The notes under the pieces: generated by a model
Told to the model about the DNA's origin: nothing
Databases searched by the model: none
The model's input: only the letters and a program-made list of their open reading frames with translations
Shown here: one piece after another, positions 1 through 6,897 of the stretch
Numbering within the stretch: the first letter of the stretch is position 1
Layout: every line of letters begins with the position of its first letter
Made by a program: the position numbers and the translations under genes
Origin: Planctomycetota bacterium
GTDB lineage: Bacteria > Planctomycetota > UBA1135
Reading direction: 5' to 3'
Assembly: GCA_045047305.1 (NCBI GenBank)
Contig: JASFYO010000048.1
Span: 1 to 10,763 of the forward strand
Length of the DNA stretch: 10,763 bases

Positions 1-2544
1 GATGGATGGAAGGCCGTCGCGCCTTGGCTGGAGCTTGCAGCACGTGGCAATCGCAACCTCACGGCACCTTTCTTGCGCGCAACTTTTGGCATGCCGCCAA
101 AAATCCTTGGCTCCTCTCAACACACCGGACTAGATGATTTTCCACCGGGTGACTACTCCATTACAGCGCACCTTAAGGATTACGTACCAAGCGAACAAGC
201 CTTGCATCTAGAGGGTGGCGGCGAACAAATCGTGGAGCTTGAGCTCATCGCTGCCGGCCAAGCAACAGGACGTGTTTTGGTCGACGGCAAGCCCTATGCG
301 AACGCCAAAGTAGCCTTGCTTTTTACCGAACGCAGCGACGATATTTTCGGATTCACCCTTGATCTATTCCGCAGCCACGGTGTCTTCCCTAGCAACATTC
401 CTGAAGATCTCATCGTCACCACGGATACCGATGGGAAGTTTTCTATCCGCAATGCAAAGCCTGGCTCCTATCAAGTCTTGATCCATGCAAAGGATTATCT
501 CCCCACCATCCAATCGCCAAAGAATGAAATCCTTGCCCGGCAGAGCGTCGACCTTGGTGATTTTGATTTAGCTCTAGGCTTTGGCCTGGAACTAGTTGTG
601 CGCAATCGCGATGGTGAAAACATTGAAGGCGTGGAGGTGCAATGGACTCGCGTTTCCACCAACTCGTTGATGAGCCTCCGCCGTAATCAGCGCGCTCCAG
701 TGGCACAGACCGATGCAGAGGGTCGCGTGTTTTTTGGTGGCCTACCCAGCGAACGTATCACTCTGACTTTAGTCCACGATGATTACGCGCGCCATACAGA
801 GGAATACGACTTCGCCGGGCGCACTGGCCGCGGCACCGACTTATTGGAGATCACCCTAATCCCCGGTGCTTCCATCGCAGGAAAAATCATGGATGGGAGT
901 TCTGGCGCTGCGGTTGCTGGCGCCGAAATCGAGTTGTTTGATGCCGCAGCTAGCGATGAGTTTTTGGCCATGTTCGGCGAAGCAACCTGGGAGGCGCGCA
1001 GTGCCGAAGATGGAGCATTTCACTTCTCGCGCCTACCCGCCGGCGAATACATCATCACTGCCAAACATGATGAGTTTTCAGAAACTCAGTATGGGCCATT
1101 CATGGTCGAAGAAACTGCGGTAGAAGACATCACCATCATGCTGCATAGGGGGGCCACGCTACACGTCAAAGTTTTGGATAGTGAAGGTATTCCCGTCAGC
1201 GACGCTAGCGTAAACGCTCTAAACTCGCAAAGCCAAATCGCCGAGAGTGCAACCACTGATATGGATGGTATCGCGACACTGCCGCCACTGGCTGCAGGCA
1301 ACTATCAAGTCACCTTCACCGACTTGGCCGGCTTCAACACCACCGATAACACCGGATCTCTTGATGTGGCTATGAAGTTCGTCACGCTTGAGGATTATGA
1401 GGAACGAACCCTGGTGATTGGTGGCATTGTGCCTCGTGCAGACCTCGAGGGCGAGGTCCGGCGCGCAGGAGAATTGATGGCAAGCGCAACCATTGCCATC
1501 ATTACCGATTCTGGGGTCAAAGTTGGCATTGCGGATAAACAGGGTTGGTACGAAGTGAAGGGTGTTCCCTTAGGAACCTACACCTACACCGTGACTGCCG
1601 GTACCCCTCTGCGCGGCGGGTCCACGATTTTCGGCCTTCTAGAGCTCACTTCCGAAGGTACCGTACGCAAAGACATTGAGATGCCCCTGGAAGGCATCGA
1701 AGTGCATGTGACTGAAGCTGGCTCTGGCAAAGACTTGGCCAACCTTCCCGTCGCCATGCGTCCGATGGATGGCACCAACATTCAAGGCGGTACTTTTGGC
1801 CTAACTAATAACGATGGCGTTCTGGAGCTTGGCAGCCTAGAGCCTGGACAATACATTTTATCGGTTGGCAACCTTGCCGCAGTGTTCTTGGCTGGCGGCG
1901 ATGCCGGACTCGGGTCCAAACAGATTAGTCCGATTGAGATTCGTGAAGGTAGCGGCATCCAACGCTTTGAAGTGCAGCTGGATCAAGGTGCGACCTTCCG
2001 CGTGCGGGTGCGCGACAGTAATGGCAACTTACTCAAGGGCGTGCACATGCATTACCTCGATTCCAACGGGCAAATCATGAATATCCTGTCCACCAAAGGC
2101 ACCAATTCCAAGGGTGTCGCGGAACTTTCCGGCCTGCCTTCTGGCCCCGGCATCATTCTCATTCGCCACCCGAACCTTGGAGCTACGGAAATCCCTGTCG
2201 ACCTCAGCGCGGGCACTCTCACCAAACGCGAAGCAACCCTCAAGGCCGGAACGCGGGTTTACGTGACTCCTACCGATGCCGATGGCAACCCCATGTCTGG
2301 GATCCTGGTCACCGCCTTAGATTCGCGCGGCGCTCCGGCCTCCTTTGCCTGGTCACAAGCAGAAACTCAGGCCACCAATGCTGCTTTCTTCTCCGGCGGA
2401 GAGCAAAAAGTAGGGCCTTTGTTGCCTGGTGAGTATCAGATTCAGCTCTACCGTCCGGGAAAAGCTCCAGTGCGGCATCGTATTACGGTTGGCGGACAAG
2501 AGGAAATGCACCTGCGGCTTCCCTATTCGTCCGACCAACGCTAG
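1..2544 (+). CDS. Large repeat protein with tandem carboxypeptidase regulatory-like (CarboxypepD_reg / transthyretin-like beta-sandwich) modules; 5'-truncated, probably exported or surface-associated
   Basis: Frame +1 is open from base 1 (GAT GGA TGG AAG...) with no stop before the track's TTG at 73, so the gene probably starts upstream. The stop is TAG at 2542-2544. About 9 degenerate copies of the pattern G/L-x-V-x-D-x-x-G-x-P...T-D-x-x-G-x-F...L-x-P-G-x-Y occur, e.g. TTDTDGKFSIRNAKPGSY, RSAEDGAFHFSRLPAGEY, TTDMDGIATLPPLAAGNY, LTNNDGVLELGSLEPGQY. Confidence 0.85.
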   Translation, partial: DGWKAVAPWLELAARGNRNLTAPFLRATFGMPPKILGSSQHTGLDDFPPGDYSITAHLKDYVPSEQALHLEGGGEQIVELELIAAGQATGRVLVDGKPYANAKVALLFTERSDDIFGFTLDLFRSHGVFPSNIPEDLIVTTDTDGKFSIRNAKPGSYQVLIHAKDYLPTIQSPKNEILARQSVDLGDFDLALGFGLELVVRNRDGENIEGVEVQWTRVSTNSLMSLRRNQRAPVAQTDAEGRVFFGGLPSERITLTLVHDDYARHTEEYDFAGRTGRGTDLLEITLIPGASIAGKIMDGSSGAAVAGAEIELFDAAASDEFLAMFGEATWEARSAEDGAFHFSRLPAGEYIITAKHDEFSETQYGPFMVEETAVEDITIMLHRGATLHVKVLDSEGIPVSDASVNALNSQSQIAESATTDMDGIATLPPLAAGNYQVTFTDLAGFNTTDNTGSLDVAMKFVTLEDYEERTLVIGGIVPRADLEGEVRRAGELMASATIAIITDSGVKVGIADKQGWYEVKGVPLGTYTYTVTAGTPLRGGSTIFGLLELTSEGTVRKDIEMPLEGIEVHVTEAGSGKDLANLPVAMRPMDGTNIQGGTFGLTNNDGVLELGSLEPGQYILSVGNLAAVFLAGGDAGLGSKQISPIEIREGSGIQRFEVQLDQGATFRVRVRDSNGNLLKGVHMHYLDSNGQIMNILSTKGTNSKGVAELSGLPSGPGIILIRHPNLGATEIPVDLSAGTLTKREATLKAGTRVYVTPTDADGNPMSGILVTALDSRGAPASFAWSQAETQATNAAFFSGGEQKVGPLLPGEYQIQLYRPGKAPVRHRITVGGQEEMHLRLPYSSDQR

Positions 2545-2554
2545 TCTTTGGCGC

Positions 2555-3901
2555 ATGTTCCATCGCATCTTTATCGCCAACCGCGGCGAGGTCGCGGCCC
2601 GTCTGGTTCGCGCGTGCCAAGAGATGGGTATCGAAGCTGTATGTGCAGCCTCGCAACCTGACCTTGATGCTGGTTACCCCTACTTGGAGCAGGCAGCAGA
2701 GGTGGTCAATTTGGGCCCAGGCAGCGCCGCTGAATCCTACTTAAAGATGGAGCAGGTGGTGCAAGCGGCCAAGCAAACCCACTGCACCGCGCTGCATCCA
2801 GGATGGGGATTCCTCGCCGAGAACCCACGCTTCGCTGCCCTGTGTGAGGAACATGGCATTACCTTTATTGGCCCAGCACCAGAAGTCATGGACCGCATGG
2901 GGCGCAAGGTGTCGTCGCGCATCGCGGCTGCAGCAGCTGGCTTGCCAGTAGTACCTGGCAGCGATGGTCTACTTTCGAGTGTGGAAGAAGCCGTCGAGGT
3001 TGCGAAACAAATCGGTTACCCCGTGGTGCTGAAAGCTGACGCCGGGGGTGGAGGACGCGGTATTCGTCGCTGTGACCGCGAGGAGGATATTCGTGGTGCA
3101 TTCCAAGAAGCATCGCGCGAAGCCGTGGCCGCATTCGGCAATGGCGATTTGTACATGGAAAAGTACCTGCTTGGCGGGCGTCACATTGAGTTCCAGATTC
3201 TGGGCGACGGCTTCGGCAAGGCGATTCACCTCGGCGAACGTGAGTGCTCGATTCAGCGTCGGCATCAAAAGTTGTTGGAGGAGGCGCCATCTCCGGTCAT
3301 CGACGCAGAGAAGCGCGCTTATTACGGTGGATTGTCGGCGTCGGCAGCGGCCAACTGGAATTATGCGGGCGCCGGCACCATGGAGTACCTATTGGCCGAT
3401 GACGGCAAGCTGTACTTCTTGGAGATGAACACCCGCTTGCAGGTTGAGCATCCGGTGACCGAGCAAATTACTGGCATCGATATCGTGGAGGCGCAAATTC
3501 GGATTGCCGCAGGCGAAGGTCTTCCCTGCACGCAGGAAGAAGTGCAATGGAATGGACATGCTCTTGAGGTACGCTTGAATGCAGAGGACCCAGAGCAAGA
3601 TTTCCGCCCAGCACCAGGAGTTGTGGAGCAAATCTCCTTCCCCGCTGGGCAAGTGCGCATCGATACGCACATGGTTGCGCATGCAAAGATTTCTCCGTTC
3701 TACGATTCTTTGCTTGCCAAAGTGATTGCCTACGGCGACACCCGTGAAGAAACCATCAAGGTCATGCTCGACTGCCTTGCTGGCGCCGATATCCAAGGGC
3801 TCCCAACCACCGCAGCTTTGCATCAGAGCATCCTGCAGCATGAGGACTTCCGGGCCGGCAACTTCGACACCCTTTGGCTTGGGGAATTCCTCAAAGCCTA
3901 G
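2555..3901 (+). CDS. accC: Stand-alone biotin carboxylase subunit of an acetyl/acyl-CoA carboxylase (ATP-grasp), 448 aa
   Basis: Canonical BC motifs are present: IANRGE, HPGWGFLAEN, KADAGGGGRGIR, ERECSIQRRHQKLLEEAPSP, FLEMNTRLQVEHPVTE, RLNAEDP, YDSLLAK. The start is reassigned from the track's 2429 to ATG 2555 (MFHRIFIANRGE), which matches the normal BC N-terminus and lies just after the upstream stop. No fused biotinyl domain. Confidence 0.95.
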   Translation: MFHRIFIANRGEVAARLVRACQEMGIEAVCAASQPDLDAGYPYLEQAAEVVNLGPGSAAESYLKMEQVVQAAKQTHCTALHPGWGFLAENPRFAALCEEHGITFIGPAPEVMDRMGRKVSSRIAAAAAGLPVVPGSDGLLSSVEEAVEVAKQIGYPVVLKADAGGGGRGIRRCDREEDIRGAFQEASREAVAAFGNGDLYMEKYLLGGRHIEFQILGDGFGKAIHLGERECSIQRRHQKLLEEAPSPVIDAEKRAYYGGLSASAAANWNYAGAGTMEYLLADDGKLYFLEMNTRLQVEHPVTEQITGIDIVEAQIRIAAGEGLPCTQEEVQWNGHALEVRLNAEDPEQDFRPAPGVVEQISFPAGQVRIDTHMVAHAKISPFYDSLLAKVIAYGDTREETIKVMLDCLAGADIQGLPTTAALHQSILQHEDFRAGNFDTLWLGEFLKA

Positions 3902-3948
3902 GCCCCACGACTCCACCTGAGTCCCACCCGAGGGGCCTTGCGCGAGGC

Positions 3949-3954
3949 TAATCT
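3949..3954 (+). promoter_or_regulatory. Putative -10 hexamer (TAATCT) for a leaderless transcript of the carboxyltransferase gene
   Basis: TAnnnT ends 6 nt before ATG 3961, with no Shine-Dalgarno in between. Confidence 0.45.
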
Positions 3955-3960
3955 GCTGCC

Positions 3961-5697
3961 ATGGCCATCGTCCCACTCCACCCTTACGGCAGCCCCCGGG
4001 AGCAAACCCTGGATGATGCCGAGGTCGCGCGCAATGTCGCCTTCCTCGATGCTGCCAAGGAGAAGCTCACCGCCAACCGCGCTACCGTGCGTCTTGGTTG
4101 GGGCGAAAAATACACCGAGCGCGTGCATGCCAAAGGCAAACTGACTGCTTGGGAACGCGTGGATGCGTTAAAGGATGAAGGCAGCCCGGTGTTTCCGCTA
4201 GGCACCTTTGTGAACTGGGGACGCGAGTTCGATCAAGGTGGCCGCAAAATGCTGTCTCCTGGTGCTGGCGTAGTCACTGTTTTCGCCAAGGTAGAAGAGC
4301 GCTGGGTCATCATCATTGCGAATGACAACACCGTAGCCAGTGGGTCATGGTGGCCGGAGACCTCAGAGAAAATCCAGCGCGCACAAGAGATAGCATTACG
4401 TTTGCGTTTGCCTGTGGTCTACTTGGTCGACTGCAGTGGCCTGTTCTTGCCAGAGCAGTCACTCTCCTTCCCCGGCGGCACTGGAGCCGGGCACATCTTC
4501 ATGAAGAACTCGCAGTTGTCGGCTGCCGGTGTTCCGCAGATTGCTGGCGTGTTCGGTGATTGCATTGCCGGTGGTGGTTATATGCCCATCATCTCCGATC
4601 GCGTGTACATGACCGAACAGGCCTACATGGTGATCGCCGGGGCGGCACTGATTAAGGGTGCCAAGTCACAGCACCTAACCTCGCTTGGGATTGGCGGTCC
4701 AGAAGTGCATGTGCACCAATCCGGCTGTGCCGATGAACGCGTACCTGATGACGAAGCCTGCATCGCAGCCTTGCGCAGAGAAGTTGCAAGCACTGCCGGT
4801 TCGGGTGCTGATTATCGTCGCGGTGGGGTTGCAGCAGCCGAACCCGAGTTCCCAGCGGAAGAGTTAGATAGCCTCTTCCCACCAGATCATCGCACGGTTT
4901 ACGACGCACGCGAAGTGATTGCACGCTTAGTCGACCGCTCCCTGTTTTGGGAAATCATGCCTGACTTCGGGCAGGAAATGGTGGTTGGAGTCGGACGCAT
5001 CCATGGACTTTACTGCGGCATCATTGCAAATGTGCAAGGGCCGATTGCAGATCCAGAGCATCCTGGCAAGTTACGCCCGGGCGGCATTTTGTACCGCGAT
5101 GGCATCGCTAAGATTTCGCAGTTTTCACGCGCTTGCGATTCGGATGGAATTCCAATTGTGTGGCTGCAGGACATCAGCGGATTCGACATTGGCACCGACG
5201 CGGAAGCACGCGGCTTACTCGGTTATGGATCCAACTTAATCTATACCAACAGCACCAATCAAACTCCGATGTTTACGGTGTTGATGCGCAAAGCCAGTGG
5301 AGCTGGATACTACGCCATGGCTGGCCTGCCCTATGAGCCAGTGGTTCAACTCAGCACGGTGATTGCACGCCAGTCGGTTATGGAAGGACGCACCCTGGCG
5401 ATTGCGGCTTACAACACCAAGCTAGATGACGATTTTGAAATCGCATCGAAGGATCCGGAAGAAATCGCCGCAATCAAGGCTGGCATGGCTGCAGTAGAAG
5501 AGCGTATTGAAGGCGATATGGATCCATACAAAGCGGCCAGTCAACGCGACACCGATGAAATCATTTCCCCAGCAGAGTTACGCCCCTGGCTGTGTTGCCT
5601 AGTGGAATCCGCATATCAAGCTCAAGGCTATCGCCGGGTGAAGAACCCCCGGATTTGGTCGCTGCATGACTTAGCCGCTATCCATGGGGGTGCTTAA
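3961..5697 (+). CDS. Acyl-CoA carboxyltransferase subunit (two crotonase-fold halves), GcdA/MccB-type, 578 aa
   Basis: Motifs include [97 protein letters not shown] and DEII. It lies between the BC and biotin-carrier genes. Carboxyltransferase identity is secure; the substrate is not. Confidence 0.92.
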   Translation: MAIVPLHPYGSPREQTLDDAEVARNVAFLDAAKEKLTANRATVRLGWGEKYTERVHAKGKLTAWERVDALKDEGSPVFPLGTFVNWGREFDQGGRKMLSPGAGVVTVFAKVEERWVIIIANDNTVASGSWWPETSEKIQRAQEIALRLRLPVVYLVDCSGLFLPEQSLSFPGGTGAGHIFMKNSQLSAAGVPQIAGVFGDCIAGGGYMPIISDRVYMTEQAYMVIAGAALIKGAKSQHLTSLGIGGPEVHVHQSGCADERVPDDEACIAALRREVASTAGSGADYRRGGVAAAEPEFPAEELDSLFPPDHRTVYDAREVIARLVDRSLFWEIMPDFGQEMVVGVGRIHGLYCGIIANVQGPIADPEHPGKLRPGGILYRDGIAKISQFSRACDSDGIPIVWLQDISGFDIGTDAEARGLLGYGSNLIYTNSTNQTPMFTVLMRKASGAGYYAMAGLPYEPVVQLSTVIARQSVMEGRTLAIAAYNTKLDDDFEIASKDPEEIAAIKAGMAAVEERIEGDMDPYKAASQRDTDEIISPAELRPWLCCLVESAYQAQGYRRVKNPRIWSLHDLAAIHGGA

Positions 5698-5699
5698 AC

Positions 5700-6284
5700 A
5701 TGAAGGTTAGCCCTATCGTTATGATTTCCAAACCACTCGAGGGCGAGCTTGGTTGGAGTGTGCAGGCCCCTGGTGTCGGCATCGTGCGCGGTTTACCAGC
5801 AACTGGGAGTCGATTACAGCCTGGACAAGCCTGCGGTTTCCTCGAGGTCCTCGGCGTACGCCACCCGCTCCTGCTCCCCCACGATATTGGCGGCGCGGTC
5901 GCCAGTTTGTCTCTCGGTGTGGAGCGCTTACACGCTGTTGCTTATGGTCAAGAGCTGTTGCAGTTAAAGCCGCAACTCGATGCGGAAGACGGCATCGACG
6001 TAATCCTCAGCCCAGACCACGGCGAAGGCGGTTTGCTTTTCCGCTCTCCCCAAGCCGGCCGATTCTATGCCTCACCCGACCCCGATTCTCCCCCCTTTCT
6101 CAAGGTGGGCGATGAACTGGAAGTCGGACGCACCCTTGGCCTACTAGAGGTCATGAAAACCTTCAACCCGATCAAGTATGGCCAAACCCCTGGTATGCCT
6201 CCACGCGCCAAAGTCAAATCCATCTTGGTTCAGGATCGCGACGACGTAGAAGAGGGCACTCCTTTACTGGAACTCGAAATTTGA
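5700..6284 (+). CDS. accB: Biotin carboxyl carrier protein with a C-terminal biotinyl domain and an N-terminal degenerate biotinyl/lipoyl-like domain, 194 aa
   Basis: The C-terminal domain SPQAGRFYASPDPDSPPFLKVGD...LEVMKTFNPI...ILVQDRDDVEEGTPLLEL resembles AccB, including the thumb loop. The biotin-accepting Lys is in EVMK (AAA at 6156-6158, K153). ATG 5700 follows the CT stop after a 2-nt gap; ATG 5721 is an alternative start. Confidence 0.88.
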   Translation: MKVSPIVMISKPLEGELGWSVQAPGVGIVRGLPATGSRLQPGQACGFLEVLGVRHPLLLPHDIGGAVASLSLGVERLHAVAYGQELLQLKPQLDAEDGIDVILSPDHGEGGLLFRSPQAGRFYASPDPDSPPFLKVGDELEVGRTLGLLEVMKTFNPIKYGQTPGMPPRAKVKSILVQDRDDVEEGTPLLELEI

Positions 6285-6859
6285 GTGCGACGCTGACCTT
6301 AGAGCAGGAAATCTTGCTCGCAGAACTAGATATCTACCGCGGCGTCGATGTTGCGGAAGAAGCGCATCGTAAGTTCATTCGCAAGCATGTCGCATCCACA
6401 CCTCAGTGGTGGCACCGCGACACCATGCCCGGACATGTCACCGCAAGCTCCTTTGTGGTCACCCCAGATTTTCAATGGATGCTTTTACACCATCACCGCA
6501 AGCTCGATCGATGGCTGCAGTTTGGCGGGCACGATGATGGCGAACAACATCCGGCCAAAGCCGTGTTGCGCGAACTGGCAGAAGAAAGTGGCCTGCAAGA
6601 CTTCTCCTTCTATGGGAATCCGGTCATCTTTGACCTCGATGTCCACACCATTCCAGCGCGTGCCTCGATGCCGGAGCACAAGCATTTGGATGTACGCTAC
6701 CTCTTCGTTGCCACCATCGAGCAAGAGCTTCAGCCTGCTGCCGGAGAATCCAGAATCCTTCGCTGGACCCGGTTAGAAGACTCCGCTGCCCTCCTGATGG
6801 ACGCAGGCGGGCAGCGTGTGTGCAGAAAACTAGAACAACTCAGGCGCAGCAACGATTGA
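6281..6859 (+). CDS. Nudix hydrolase (GHxTAS...HHRKL..WLQxGGH subfamily), substrate unknown
   Basis: Nudix box variant GGHDDGEQHPAKAVLRELAEESGL, plus family motifs GHVTASSFVV, LLHHHRKLDRWLQ, DLDVHTIP and HKHLDVRYLF. The TTG start overlaps the upstream TGA stop (TTGA, 6281-6284). The exact start is less certain than the gene. Confidence 0.9.
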   Translation: MSATLTLEQEILLAELDIYRGVDVAEEAHRKFIRKHVASTPQWWHRDTMPGHVTASSFVVTPDFQWMLLHHHRKLDRWLQFGGHDDGEQHPAKAVLRELAEESGLQDFSFYGNPVIFDLDVHTIPARASMPEHKHLDVRYLFVATIEQELQPAAGESRILRWTRLEDSAALLMDAGGQRVCRKLEQLRRSND

Positions 6860-6882
6860 GTGACCCCGCAAGCCATACTCTC

Positions 6883-6891
6883 TGCTAGGCT
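6883..6891 (+). promoter_or_regulatory. Putative extended -10 element (TGc-TAGGCT) for the EAL gene
   Basis: TGn-TAnnnT ends 6 nt before ATG 6898, within a 38-nt intergenic gap. Confidence 0.5.
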
Positions 6892-6897
6892 GGGGAC

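Noticed and set aside
73..75. TTG 73 as the start of the first gene
   Set aside because: The frame is open to base 1 and the repeat module is already in progress, so the gene is most likely truncated by the window edge.
2429..2554. 42-aa N-terminal extension of the biotin carboxylase given by the ORF track
   Set aside because: It overlaps the upstream gene by 116 nt and has no BC similarity. ATG 2555 gives the canonical N-terminus.
3900..3948. Intrinsic terminator after the biotin carboxylase
   Set aside because: Hairpins are present but no U-tract follows on either strand.
3389..3976. 195-aa minus-strand ORF and other short ORFs nested in the main genes
   Set aside because: These are antisense or out-of-frame shadows of well-supported genes, with no recognisable motifs.
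3961..5697. Naming the CT accD, pccB, mccB/liuB or gcdA
   Set aside because: It is a fused two-domain CT without the AccD zinc finger. Its motifs are intermediate between GcdA and MccB, and no liu or gcd pathway genes are adjacent, so a symbol would over-claim.
6860..6897. c-di-GMP riboswitch or sRNA upstream of the EAL gene
   Set aside because: The intergenic gap is only 38 nt, with no recognisable riboswitch structure.
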